Part shown: piece after piece, positions 10,104-19,919 of the stretch | How positions within the stretch are numbered: position 1 is the stretch's first letter | Layout: each line of letters opens with the position of its first letter | Source of the DNA: an uncultured Bacillales bacterium | GTDB lineage: Bacteria > Bacillota_I > Bacilli_A > Acholeplasmatales > Anaeroplasmataceae | Length of the DNA: 64,000 nt | Assembly (NCBI GenBank): GCA_946626345.1 | Contig: CAMOUB010000001.1 | Coordinates: 643-64,642 of the forward strand | Reading direction: 5' to 3' | Notes under the pieces: generated by a model | Told to the model about the DNA's origin: nothing | Seen by the model: only the letters and a program-made list of their open reading frames with translations | Database searches by the model: none | Translations under genes and position numbers: made by a program

Positions 10104-10859
10104 TTAAATCTTATTTTTAGATGAATCATTTAATTCATCTTTTGCATCATTAGTTTGCAACTCTTCATTTCCTTCTTCTTTTTCTTCCAATTCTTCAATT
10201 CTGAATTGTCTGTCTTTTGCATCTAATTCTGCATTCTTTCTATCATCAACGAGTTTATCAACTACATTAGTTACAACTCCTTGAGATCTTAAAACTAATA
10301 ATCCTACTACTGATATGCCTAAAGCTAATAAGTTTTTCATAAAACCGTTTTCACCATAAACAGCTAGATTAACCGTATTTCCATTACTTCCTGTGAAATA
10401 CAATTCGGCAGGATGTAGTAGAGTTCCTGCTGAAATTAATCTGTATGATACAAATTGTAAAATAGAAAAAATCGCATAATCGGCGATAATAACCCCTATT
10501 AATATAAGAGGGCTTCTTACAATTTTTCTAGTACCATATATCTTAAATAAAATAACATTTAATCCGATACCAGAAAGTCCAACTATGGTCGAGATGTAAA
10601 CTGCAAGACCGTTGTTAAAATCTCCTCCAAAGCTATAAAACGCTTTATAGAAGTCAATATCCGAAAAGCTACCACCTATAATAGTTGAAATAGCTAAAAA
10701 CGGAATAACAATCAATCCCCATAGATTCCATCTTGTTACAGCTAATATTACAATTAAAAATGAAATTGTTATTGTTGGAGTCCCTAACATTATTCCCCCG
10801 AACTTTGTTACAAGGCCTTCCAAAAGACATCCAAAAAGGGCTAATAGAAACAAGTCCAT
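10104..10859 (-). CDS. Hypothetical membrane protein, first gene of the pectin ABC operon (true start possibly ATC at 10889)
   Basis: 5-6 TM segments and a charged C-tail; the only strong SD (GAGGTG) lies about 35 nt upstream of the ATG. Confidence 0.75.
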   Translation of the reverse strand: MDLFLLALFGCLLEGLVTKFGGIMLGTPTITISFLIVILAVTRWNLWGLIVIPFLAISTIIGGSFSDIDFYKAFYSFGGDFNNGLAVYISTIVGLSGIGLNVILFKIYGTRKIVRSPLILIGVIIADYAIFSILQFVSYRLISAGTLLHPAELYFTGSNGNTVNLAVYGENGFMKNLLALGISVVGLLVLRSQGVVTNVVDKLVDDRKNAELDAKDRQFRIEELEEKEEGNEELQTNDAKDELNDSSKNKI

Positions 10860-10940
10860 AGCTCTGTAGCCTGTTACGCTCTTATTGATAATACCACCTC
10901 ATCGCTACACCTTGATTACGATTAGTCTTATAGAATGAAA

Positions 10941-10954
10941 CTATAACGCTTTCA
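10941..10954. promoter_or_regulatory. Possible cre/LacI-family operator between the divergent pectin genes
   Basis: Minus strand TGAAAGCGTTATAG resembles the cre consensus TGWAARCGYTWNCA. Confidence 0.35.
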
Positions 10955-11151
10955 TAATTTCATACCTAATTTTAACATTATTGCAATTATTAGTCAATAG
11001 AAATATATCTTTTTTTTATTTAGTTTTTTGGCTTAAAATCAACATTTTTGCTACTTTAATAGACATTTACACAATTATGTCTTTTTATGTTATAATTGTA
11101 ATATATCTAACGGAAAAATTCTTACAAATGAATAGAAAGGATATTAATAAC

Positions 11152-12060
11152 ATGATAGAAATAAACAATGCATCTACACTAAATGATATATTAAATTACT
11201 GTAAAGATGGAGAAACTATATATTTAAAAAAAGGAACTTATAATGGCAAATTCCATATTACTAGTAATAATATAACAATTATTGGTGAAGATATGGAAAA
11301 TACTATAATTACAAATGATGATTATTTTCATAAAATATTAAATGATGGGAATGAAGCTAACACATTTAGAACATATACATTACTTGTTACAGGAGCTAAT
11401 GTAACTATTAAAAATGTTACTATAGAAAATAGATCAAAACCTTCATCTAAATATGGGCAAGCTGTTGCGTTAAGTGCATGTGGTGATAACTTTAAATGTA
11501 TCAATACAATATTAAAGAGCGCACAAGATACATTATTTACAGGCCCATTACCAAAAGATTTAATTGAAAGATATACAGGATTCTTATTAAAAGAACAATT
11601 AAACCCAAGAGAAACTAAACAAATATATGAAAACTGTAAAATATATGGTGATACAGATTTTATATTTGGCTGTAGTCAAGCTTTATTCATTAATTCAGAT
11701 ATTATTTCAATTGGAAAAGGCTATTTAGCCGCACCTGCGCATGCTAAAGATATGAAATATGGCTATTTATTCTATAAATGTAATCTAATATGTAATGGAA
11801 TTGCAGATGGTACATTCCTAGCTAGACCTTGGAGAGATTACGGATGTGCTGCTTTTATTGATTGCAATGTTGGAAATCATATTGATCAAAGAGGATTTAA
11901 TAAATGGGATGGAACAAATAGAGATAAAACAGCAAGATTTTATGAATATTCATTAAATACAGATTTAACTAAAAGAGAAAAATGGGTTAATCTATTAAAT
12001 AAAGATGAAACAATAAAATATGTTAATGATTTCTTAAAATATATAGATTATAAATTATAA
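11152..12060 (+). CDS. Pectin methylesterase (CE8)
   Basis: GQAVAL, QDTL, GDTDFIFG and LARPW motifs; start moved to ATG 11152 behind an AAAGGA SD; no signal peptide. Confidence 0.92.
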   Translation: MIEINNASTLNDILNYCKDGETIYLKKGTYNGKFHITSNNITIIGEDMENTIITNDDYFHKILNDGNEANTFRTYTLLVTGANVTIKNVTIENRSKPSSKYGQAVALSACGDNFKCINTILKSAQDTLFTGPLPKDLIERYTGFLLKEQLNPRETKQIYENCKIYGDTDFIFGCSQALFINSDIISIGKGYLAAPAHAKDMKYGYLFYKCNLICNGIADGTFLARPWRDYGCAAFIDCNVGNHIDQRGFNKWDGTNRDKTARFYEYSLNTDLTKREKWVNLLNKDETIKYVNDFLKYIDYKL

Positions 12061-12085
12061 AAAGGATGGCGCCCATCCTTTTTAT
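12059..12085. terminator. Bidirectional intrinsic terminator
   Basis: aaaggatgg-cgc-ccatccttt with A and T tracts, between convergent genes. Confidence 0.8.
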
Positions 12086-12090
12086 ATTCC

Positions 12091-13215
12091 TTATTTTTCA
12101 TTTTTTATTGTTAATTCATATAATGTTTGTTTAATATTGTATTCATTTACTAAATTTATAATTTCTTCTTTTATCTTATTATTTAAAGAATTATTAGTTA
12201 ATGTAGCTCTAATTAATAAATTCTTTGGTGAATTTTCAAAATCAACAAATTCCATAACATTTGTTTTATATCCATAATATTGTAATATATTAGCTCTAAT
12301 TGAATCAGTTAATAATGCACTAAATCTATCTTTTAATATTCCAAACTTATTAATTGGATGTAATATATCTGTAGATAGCTGATTATTTATTTCATGCTGG
12401 CAGCATGGAACAGAGAATATATATTTACATTTCATATTAATTGCATGATAAAGTGCATAATCAGTTGCAGTATCACAAGCATGAAGTGTAACAATCATAT
12501 CAACCCTATTAGTTTTTGCATAATCTGTGATGTTTCCCTTATAAAACTTTAAATTAGCATATTTATATTTTTCAGCAATTTTATTACAATTATCAATAAC
12601 ATCCTCTTTTAAATCTAAGCCTATTATATTTATATTGATTTTCTTAATTTCTTTAAAATAATAATATAAGATAAATGTTAAATAGCTTTTTCCACAACCA
12701 AAATCAATAATAGATAATTCTTTTTCATCCTTTATTGAATCATCAATTATTTCTAAAAATCTATTAATTTGTTTAAATTTATCATATTGAGCTTTTACGA
12801 CTCTACCATCTTCTAGCATTACACCTAAATCTATAAGAGGTGGAACAATAGTTCCTTCTTCTAAGATATATTTTTTCTTTTTATTATGATCTATAGTAGA
12901 TAATAATTCATTATTTTTTCTTCTATTATTCAATACTTTTCCTTTAGATGTAATTCTATATGAATAAATAAACTCATTAGTATATAATTCTAAATTATTA
13001 AAATCAGTTTCCAATAATTCAATTATCTTATTATTTATTTCATTTTCTTTATAGTTAGAATGGAATACTTGCTTATCAGTAAATAATGATAATTGGATAA
13101 ATACATCATTACCAATTAATATCTTTTGGATTCTTGCCTTATCATATTTAGAATCCTTTTTCTTTTTACCTGATATTACTCCTTTTATTATTCCACTAGG
13201 TAATTCAATTTGCAT
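12091..13215 (-). CDS. SAM-dependent methyltransferase (Methyltransf_32-like)
   Basis: IIDFGCGKSYLT, LHACDTATD, VPCCQ, SPKNLLI. Confidence 0.85.
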   Translation of the reverse strand: MQIELPSGIIKGVISGKKKKDSKYDKARIQKILIGNDVFIQLSLFTDKQVFHSNYKENEINNKIIELLETDFNNLELYTNEFIYSYRITSKGKVLNNRRKNNELLSTIDHNKKKKYILEEGTIVPPLIDLGVMLEDGRVVKAQYDKFKQINRFLEIIDDSIKDEKELSIIDFGCGKSYLTFILYYYFKEIKKININIIGLDLKEDVIDNCNKIAEKYKYANLKFYKGNITDYAKTNRVDMIVTLHACDTATDYALYHAINMKCKYIFSVPCCQHEINNQLSTDILHPINKFGILKDRFSALLTDSIRANILQYYGYKTNVMEFVDFENSPKNLLIRATLTNNSLNNKIKEEIINLVNEYNIKQTLYELTIKNEK

Positions 13216-13266
13216 AAGATGCTCCTTTAAAAATTTAAAGGTTATCTTTTTGGATAACCCTAAATA

Positions 13267-14838
13267 TTATTTTATTTCTTCAACTGTCGCATTTTTGTAG
13301 AATGCAACTACTGAATTTGCTGCTGATTCAGCACTTTGCTTAGATGTATATGATTCACCTACTGCACATACTCTATTATTTGCAGTATATAATTTATAAC
13401 AATAATGACCATTCTTATCCTTTACACATTTAAATTGTCCTTCAACAATATTCTTTTTAAATGTTTCGATTGAATACATACATCCTGCTTTAGATGTATA
13501 TCCTTCAGCTTGGCATAAGATTTGACCATTTGATGCCTTTAAATCCCAACTATATTCTCCATCAAATTTTTCAATTGCAAATTTTCCACCATCTTTATCT
13601 TCAGTAGTTGTTATTTCAATTGGTGTTGCTAATTCATTATCATTTATTTCAGCATCTACAATATCAGCAATTAAAGCATATTTCTTAAATGACTCAGATG
13701 CTCTTATTGCGCTCTTTTCCACTGAATAGCTAGCACTAATCGCTAATATCTTATAGTTTTTAGCAATTAATTTAAATTTGAATTTACCCTTCTTATCTGC
13801 AGAAATTCTAATTTCTCCAGTTTCTAGATTCTTTTGAACTGCTTTAATTGCTTTTAACACACTATCTCTAGATGCATAAGTTTCAGATGCAACTAATATT
13901 TCACCATTAGAAGCTTTTAGGTGATATGCATATCCATCAGCTACTTGGAATATTTCATATTTTCCATTATATGTTCTTCCCTTTTTAACAGGTATAGCAT
14001 TTATCTTTTTCTTAGAAGATGCCTTTTTTTCTTCTTTAATCTCTTCTTTTGGTTCTTCAGCTTTTTCTTCAACTGTATTTTCTACTTCAGTATTATCTTC
14101 TACAATTTCAGGTTCTTCTTTTATTTCTTCTTGAACACTTTCTTCTTTTGGCTCTTCTATTTCGTTATCTTGTGATTCAGCTATATCTTCAAAAGAATTA
14201 TCATCTGTATTTTCTTCTATTTCAGATTCATTATTCTCTAATGTATCTGTATTTTCTTTTGTTTCTGGTTCATTAATTTCTTCACTTGTATTATTTTCTT
14301 CTAATTCTTGACTAGAATCTTCTTTTATTTCTTCAGCTTCATTTACTGACTCTTCTACTTTATCTAAAGCTTCATTTTCTTCAGTTATAGCAGATTCTTC
14401 AGGTTTTTCTTCTATTGCAGCTTCTTCTACAGTTTCAGCTTCTTCATTAGATAATTCATTATTATTTGTATTAGAATCTTTAACATCGTCTTCTTTAGAT
14501 TCTTCTATTTCTTTTGTTTCTTCTATATCTTCTTCTGGTTCTTTAGCATCATTAGTTAAAGTTTCTTCAGTTTCTTTTACATCTTCATTTTCTTCTTTTG
14601 CAGCTAATAAAACTGATTCATCATTATCATTTTTTTCAGTATTATCTTCTAATTTTTCTAAAGCATCATTAGAATTTGATTTTTCTTCATGAATTCCTTC
14701 TGTAATCTCTTTAGGTATAGAATTCTTCTTTTTCTTTGTTACTATTACTGATACAATAAGCCATACTGCAAGTAATATGACAACAAATGCTAATGATATA
14801 AATAATATTACTTCAATTTTTCCAAATGCTAAAAACAT
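13267..14838 (-). CDS. Membrane-anchored protein with an acidic low-complexity linker and four YegP/DUF1508-like repeats
   Basis: N-terminal TM, about 240 aa of Glu-rich linker, then repeats such as LKASNGEILVASETYAS and LKASNGQILCQAEGYTSK. Confidence 0.85.
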   Translation of the reverse strand: MFLAFGKIEVILFISLAFVVILLAVWLIVSVIVTKKKKNSIPKEITEGIHEEKSNSNDALEKLEDNTEKNDNDESVLLAAKEENEDVKETEETLTNDAKEPEEDIEETKEIEESKEDDVKDSNTNNNELSNEEAETVEEAAIEEKPEESAITEENEALDKVEESVNEAEEIKEDSSQELEENNTSEEINEPETKENTDTLENNESEIEENTDDNSFEDIAESQDNEIEEPKEESVQEEIKEEPEIVEDNTEVENTVEEKAEEPKEEIKEEKKASSKKKINAIPVKKGRTYNGKYEIFQVADGYAYHLKASNGEILVASETYASRDSVLKAIKAVQKNLETGEIRISADKKGKFKFKLIAKNYKILAISASYSVEKSAIRASESFKKYALIADIVDAEINDNELATPIEITTTEDKDGGKFAIEKFDGEYSWDLKASNGQILCQAEGYTSKAGCMYSIETFKKNIVEGQFKCVKDKNGHYCYKLYTANNRVCAVGESYTSKQSAESAANSVVAFYKNATVEEIK

Positions 14839-14919
14839 AAAATCAACTCCAGAAACTAAATTATATATAAATTATAAATTAATTTATTTGAACATTCAAT
14901 ACAGAAGAATTTCATAAAT

Positions 14920-15426
14920 TTATCTTTTATTTAAATATTTTTGATAAAAACTATATGTATATTCGTCTATAAAATAAAAATATACAACCATATTATTTTC
15001 AGGATAATCCTTATTAAATTCATATATCGCATCTATTGCTATAACAGATGCCTTATCTAAAGGATATCCATATATTCCTGTTGAAATAGATGGGAAAGCA
15101 ATAGTTTTTAGACTTTTACTATATGCTAGTTTTAAACTATTATAATATGAATTTCTTAAATAAATACTAGATGTATCATCTTTGTATATTGGCCCTGCAG
15201 TATGTATTATATATTTAGCTTTTAAATTATAGCCTGAAGTAATTACTGCATCACCTGTATTAATAGGTGAATATTTATCACATTCTTTTTGTAATTCGAA
15301 ATAACCTGCAGCTCTAAATATAGCACCGCATACTCCACTTCCTGCTTTAAGTTTAGTATTTGCTGCATTAACTATTGCATCAGCATCTGATGCTGTTATA
15401 TCTCCTAATATAAGCTTTATTTCCAT
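14920..15426 (-). CDS. Macro domain protein (MacroD/YmdB-like ADP-ribose hydrolase)
   Basis: GDIT, DAIVNAAN, GSGVCGAI, FPSISTGIYGYP; start at 15426 behind GAGGTG. Confidence 0.92.
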   Translation of the reverse strand: MEIKLILGDITASDADAIVNAANTKLKAGSGVCGAIFRAAGYFELQKECDKYSPINTGDAVITSGYNLKAKYIIHTAGPIYKDDTSSIYLRNSYYNSLKLAYSKSLKTIAFPSISTGIYGYPLDKASVIAIDAIYEFNKDYPENNMVVYFYFIDEYTYSFYQKYLNKR

Positions 15427-15461
15427 AGACACCTCATTAATAAAGCACCACAAAGTGATGC

Positions 15462-16505
15462 TTAATAAACAATTTTATTTTTACCGCTATTTTTACCATC
15501 ATATAGCTTTTCATCTGCTCTTGAGATCCACAAATCTAGTGTTTTATCATTATCAAATGACGCTATACCAATAGTAATTGTTGCGTGTAATATATTATTT
15601 TCATATTTAAATTTAAAATCATTAATCTTTTGTCTTATTATATCAATCTTCTTATAGATATCTTCTATATTTTCATTAATCTTAATTAATACGACAAATT
15701 CCTCTCCACCCCAGCGTGAGATAAAATCAAGTTCTGAATCAATGCTTTCTTTAGCAATTCTTGCTATTTCCTTTAATACATAATCTCCACATAAATGTCC
15801 GTATGTATCATTTAATTTCTTAAAATCATCAATATCAAATATAGATAATATATAATTTTCTTTATCATTTAAATCAGAATAATAAGTAGATAGTGCTAAT
15901 CTATTTGCTACTTGTGTTAATTTATCTGTTGTAGAATCTTTCATAATTCTAATTTCTAGTCTAAAAACATATTCAATTAAAACTATCATAAACGCAATAA
16001 CAAATATAAATACTGCAACAGTATGTGTTATATAAAAGAATGTAGATAATTTTGGATTTAAAGGATATACAGGGTCAAAATGTTTACAATAAAAATATAA
16101 AAATATAAATATAACTGCATATAATATCGAAATAGGAAGACCTCTAACTAAATGTATTCCTCCTGCTTTCTTAGAAAAATATGAAGCGAAAAATACTAAA
16201 ACACATAATCCTATAAATACTAATTGAAATCCTGAATCATATCCACAAAGTATTGTAGCAACTACCATATACGCTGTTATTTCTAAAAAGGCTAAAAACG
16301 AAAATGCTTCATGCTTTTTATATTTAATTAAAATAAATAAAAGTGAATAAAATATAACTGAGCCGATATTTATAATATACATAGCTCTAGAATTAGTAAC
16401 TAAGAAAATAAAAAAATAAACAATGTGAAATATTAAGAATATTAAATTTGAATATAAACAGGTTTTATCTAAAATCTTATTAAATATTTCCTTTTCATGT
16501 TTCAT
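15462..16505 (-). CDS. Membrane-bound diguanylate cyclase (GGDEF domain)
   Basis: About 6 TMs, then DKLTQVANR, DIDDFKKLNDTYGHLCGD, RWGGEEF. Confidence 0.92.
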   Translation of the reverse strand: MKHEKEIFNKILDKTCLYSNLIFLIFHIVYFFIFLVTNSRAMYIINIGSVIFYSLLFILIKYKKHEAFSFLAFLEITAYMVVATILCGYDSGFQLVFIGLCVLVFFASYFSKKAGGIHLVRGLPISILYAVIFIFLYFYCKHFDPVYPLNPKLSTFFYITHTVAVFIFVIAFMIVLIEYVFRLEIRIMKDSTTDKLTQVANRLALSTYYSDLNDKENYILSIFDIDDFKKLNDTYGHLCGDYVLKEIARIAKESIDSELDFISRWGGEEFVVLIKINENIEDIYKKIDIIRQKINDFKFKYENNILHATITIGIASFDNDKTLDLWISRADEKLYDGKNSGKNKIVY

Positions 16506-16517
16506 GTAATCACATCC

Positions 16518-17744
16518 TTATTTTTTATAGACAATTAATGGGACATACATCTCATCATCAGTAATACCTGCATGATGAGACTTAAAGATGACATTATCAG
16601 AATTTAATTTAAAATACTTATCACCGATAGCTATAGCGACATAATCCGCTAAAAAGTCATCTATTCTTTCATTTATTAAACCATTAGAATCGCCAAATAC
16701 TCTTTCTTTTATTAAAACATTAGAATCATATAAAATAAAGTATTTTTTAAATAATAGATTAAAAAAATCTTCAAATTCCTGCATTTTTCCACATTTTACT
16801 TTGAAAGTTGCACATCTTGCATCGTTAGATATTTTTCTTTCTAATAAATTATTTAATGATTTAAATTCTGAAATATCTAATGGATTACATGAAGTATGGC
16901 CATGATCAGCTGAAATAATTAATAAAGTATTATCAGGTAATCTATTAGCATAGCTTTCTACAAATTTATCAATGGATTTCATTTTCTCTTTAGTTGCTTT
17001 TCCATCTATTCCATCAATATGTAATATTTCATCAGGATAGTTGTAATAAATATATTGAAATTTATCATTTTCTAATGTTTTTAAGCTTTGTTTAAATAAT
17101 GAATCAATTCTTGTATATTTTTTAGAAAAATCAGGTTCTATTATTCTTCCTAAATTCATGTCATGAAAGAATGGCTTAAATGGTATTAATTTATTTATAT
17201 TAATACCTGTTTTTTCTTTTGAATAATAATCTACACCTGTAAATAATATTAAATTCTTATTTGCTTCTTTAATATAATTTTGCCAACCAGTCCAACCTGA
17301 TTCAAGTGGATATAGACCTGATTTTGCAGATATAGTTGCCGCACTTGTAGTTGATGGATAAATTGCATTTATCTGCTTATAATAATATCTTCTTAAAAAT
17401 GAATTCTTTGGTAATGTTTTATTTAATACATTAACGCCTAAGCCATCTAATAATAAATAAACAACATGCTTATACTTTTTATCAAATAAGTTTTTATCAA
17501 ATTCATATTTATAGTCAAAACCATAATTGTATCTAATACCAGATATTATATTAATTACTGACTCATCACTATATTTAGGTAAATGATATTTTTTAGGATT
17601 CATTCTTGCTTCATTTAATTCAATAATATCTCCATTTGAAAAATATAATTTTAAACCAGTTGCCTTATTTATTTTTATATTATTTTCAAGCATTAAATCA
17701 ATATATGAAAAATATTCCTTTGAATCCTTAAATATTTTATACAT
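16518..17744 (-). CDS. Alkaline-phosphatase-superfamily nucleotide pyrophosphatase/phosphodiesterase
   Basis: LLDGLG, YPSTT (Thr nucleophile), PDEILH, ADHGH, HHAG. Confidence 0.85.
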   Translation of the reverse strand: MYKIFKDSKEYFSYIDLMLENNIKINKATGLKLYFSNGDIIELNEARMNPKKYHLPKYSDESVINIISGIRYNYGFDYKYEFDKNLFDKKYKHVVYLLLDGLGVNVLNKTLPKNSFLRRYYYKQINAIYPSTTSAATISAKSGLYPLESGWTGWQNYIKEANKNLILFTGVDYYSKEKTGININKLIPFKPFFHDMNLGRIIEPDFSKKYTRIDSLFKQSLKTLENDKFQYIYYNYPDEILHIDGIDGKATKEKMKSIDKFVESYANRLPDNTLLIISADHGHTSCNPLDISEFKSLNNLLERKISNDARCATFKVKCGKMQEFEDFFNLLFKKYFILYDSNVLIKERVFGDSNGLINERIDDFLADYVAIAIGDKYFKLNSDNVIFKSHHAGITDDEMYVPLIVYKK

Positions 17745-18586
17745 TAGTGATTAATCTCCATTTTCTCTAAAACATTTAATCCTAACTCATCAATAAACTT
17801 ATATATTGCATCAACATGAAAGCCTGATAATCTTTCAGGTGCATGTGCATCACAGCCTACTATTATTTTTAAATCCTTATATTCTTTAGCTATTAACCAA
17901 AATTCTTTTCTTGGATATTTCCATAAATTCATATCCTTAGCGACATCTTCTTTTTTAATGTTATTACAATTAATCTCTAGATAAACATTATTTTTAATCG
18001 CAGCTTCTATTATTTCTCTAGATACTTTAATACATAAATCATCAAAGATGTTTTCTCCATCTTTATTTTTATATCCATAAAAGAACATATCAGGATGAAC
18101 TAATGTATTAAAAAAGCCTGTTTCCATTGCCTTAATACATGTATCTTTATATTCTTCAAGATTTTTATATGATAAATAATTATAACAATCAATAATATGT
18201 CCTTTTTTATTTTTAAAGAAATGTACACCAAGATTTAAAAAATCTACTTGTTCTCTTAAAAATTTATAGAAAGCTTCTCTATCATATACAAATTCTGTTT
18301 CAAAGCCAGATAATACTTTTATTTCATTTTTATGAAGCTCTTTTGATTCTTTTATCTCTTTTAGATATTTAGGTACAAACTCAAGTTTCATATTTTCGGT
18401 ACAATAATTATCTTTGTATTCTTTTTTAGTCATAAAATCAACAGGAATAGGAGCGTGATCAGTAATCGCAATTTCATTAAATCCTAATTTAATTGCCTCG
18501 CATACATAATCTTCTGTAACGCCTGTTGCGTGATTGCAATATTTTAAATGTGTGTGATAATTATTTTTCATTCTCATTAAATTCAC
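17744..18586 (-). CDS. PHP-family phosphoesterase (HisJ/HisK-like)
   Basis: NYHTH, ITDHAP, HPD, GCDAH. Confidence 0.88.
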   Translation of the reverse strand: MNLMRMKNNYHTHLKYCNHATGVTEDYVCEAIKLGFNEIAITDHAPIPVDFMTKKEYKDNYCTENMKLEFVPKYLKEIKESKELHKNEIKVLSGFETEFVYDREAFYKFLREQVDFLNLGVHFFKNKKGHIIDCYNYLSYKNLEEYKDTCIKAMETGFFNTLVHPDMFFYGYKNKDGENIFDDLCIKVSREIIEAAIKNNVYLEINCNNIKKEDVAKDMNLWKYPRKEFWLIAKEYKDLKIIVGCDAHAPERLSGFHVDAIYKFIDELGLNVLEKMEINH

Positions 18587-18649
18587 CTACTCACAATACA
18601 AAACAATTATAGCAAAAAATGGCAGTTTAATAAACTACCATTAATTACA

Positions 18650-19813
18650 TTATTTTACTCTTAATATCATACATTTTAAATATAGTTGTTCTTCTGATTG
18701 TAAAAGAGCTGGATGATCCGGAGCTTGAATTCTAAAATCTAAGAATTGTACAGTTCTTTTAGCATCATGTGCTGCTTCATTTATCATTTGCATAAATAAA
18801 TCCGGAGTCATATGCTGGCTACATGAAAATGTTAATAAATAACCACCAGATTTGATAATCTTCATTGCCTGCATATTAATTTCTTTATACCCTCTATAGG
18901 CTTTTTTAATAGAATCCTTTGATTTAGAAAATGCTGGTGGATCTAGCACTATAAGTGAATACTTACCAGATACTTCAGTGGTATGAAGATAGTCAAAAAT
19001 GTCAACACATTTTGCTTCTAATTGTGTATATCCATTTAACTTGGCATTATTCATTATCTCATCACATGCTCTTTTAGATATATCACATGCATCTACATGT
19101 AATGCCCCATATTTACATGCATGAAGTGCAAATCCACCTACATTAGAAAATGCATCTAATACTATTTGATTTTTAGCATATAATCTTAAAATATCTCTAT
19201 TTAACTTTTGATCTAGAAAATATCCTGTCTTTTGACCATTTTCTATATCAACAATCATCTTTATATCATCTTCAACAATTTCTACTCTAGGATCAAATTT
19301 ACCATAAAGATAACCTTTAGTTTGTTCTAAGCCTTCCTTTTCTCTTGTTGGCATATCAGATCTTTCATATATTCCCTTGCAGCCTGTCAATTCAACTAAG
19401 ATATCAACTATATCCTTTTTTATCATATCCATACCTAAAGACATAAACTGTACTGATAAGTAATCTCCATATTTATCTACAACAAGACCAGGTAAGAAAT
19501 CAGCTTCTGAAAATACAAGACGTGTTGCACTCCATCCTAGATTCTTTCTATGTTCTATAGCATATTCAATTCTTTTTCTAAAGAATTCCTTATCTATTTT
19601 CTCATCTTTATTAAAAGATAAAATTCTAACCATTATTTTTGAATTTGAATTAAAGAATCCATAACATAAAAATTCATTATTATATGTATATACAGAACAA
19701 ACCTTACCAGATTCAAATTCTCCTTCAAATTTATCTATTTCATTAGAAAATATCCAAGGATATCCATTTAATTTTTCAATTTCTTCATTTTTCTTTAAGG
19801 TTAATTTAAGCAT
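18650..19813 (-). CDS. rlmI: PUA-domain class I SAM rRNA methyltransferase (RlmI/YwbD family)
   Basis: GYPWIFSNEI, SEADFLPGLVVD, GQKTGYFLDQ, LDPPAF, FSCS. Confidence 0.85.
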   Translation of the reverse strand: MLKLTLKKNEEIEKLNGYPWIFSNEIDKFEGEFESGKVCSVYTYNNEFLCYGFFNSNSKIMVRILSFNKDEKIDKEFFRKRIEYAIEHRKNLGWSATRLVFSEADFLPGLVVDKYGDYLSVQFMSLGMDMIKKDIVDILVELTGCKGIYERSDMPTREKEGLEQTKGYLYGKFDPRVEIVEDDIKMIVDIENGQKTGYFLDQKLNRDILRLYAKNQIVLDAFSNVGGFALHACKYGALHVDACDISKRACDEIMNNAKLNGYTQLEAKCVDIFDYLHTTEVSGKYSLIVLDPPAFSKSKDSIKKAYRGYKEINMQAMKIIKSGGYLLTFSCSQHMTPDLFMQMINEAAHDAKRTVQFLDFRIQAPDHPALLQSEEQLYLKCMILRVK

Positions 19814-19919
19814 ATTTCACCACTTCTTATTTTTTCGCTATGCATATTTTATCATTTTATACAAAAATAATAAAGCATTCTATTAATTTAATTCTATGTT
19901 ATAATTTTTATTAGGAGAT

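Noticed and set aside
10981-11151. 57-aa N-terminal extension of the pectin methylesterase
   Set aside because: TTG start without SD running through promoter-like AT sequence (TATAAT near 11091); a good SD precedes ATG 11152
13921-14276. Phe/Leu-rich + strand ORFs that look like membrane peptides
   Set aside because: Antisense reading of GAA-rich codons in the acidic linker
14040-14700. Repetitive ttcttc-rich DNA as a possible repeat array or CRISPR
   Set aside because: Low-complexity Glu codons; no fixed repeat-spacer periodicity
16518-17744. PglZ/BREX defence gene
   Set aside because: AlkP-superfamily fold only; no brxC, pglX or other BREX genes in the neighbourhood
17744-18586. Firm call as histidinol-phosphatase of His biosynthesis
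   Set aside because: No his genes nearby; PHP family membership alone does not fix the substrate
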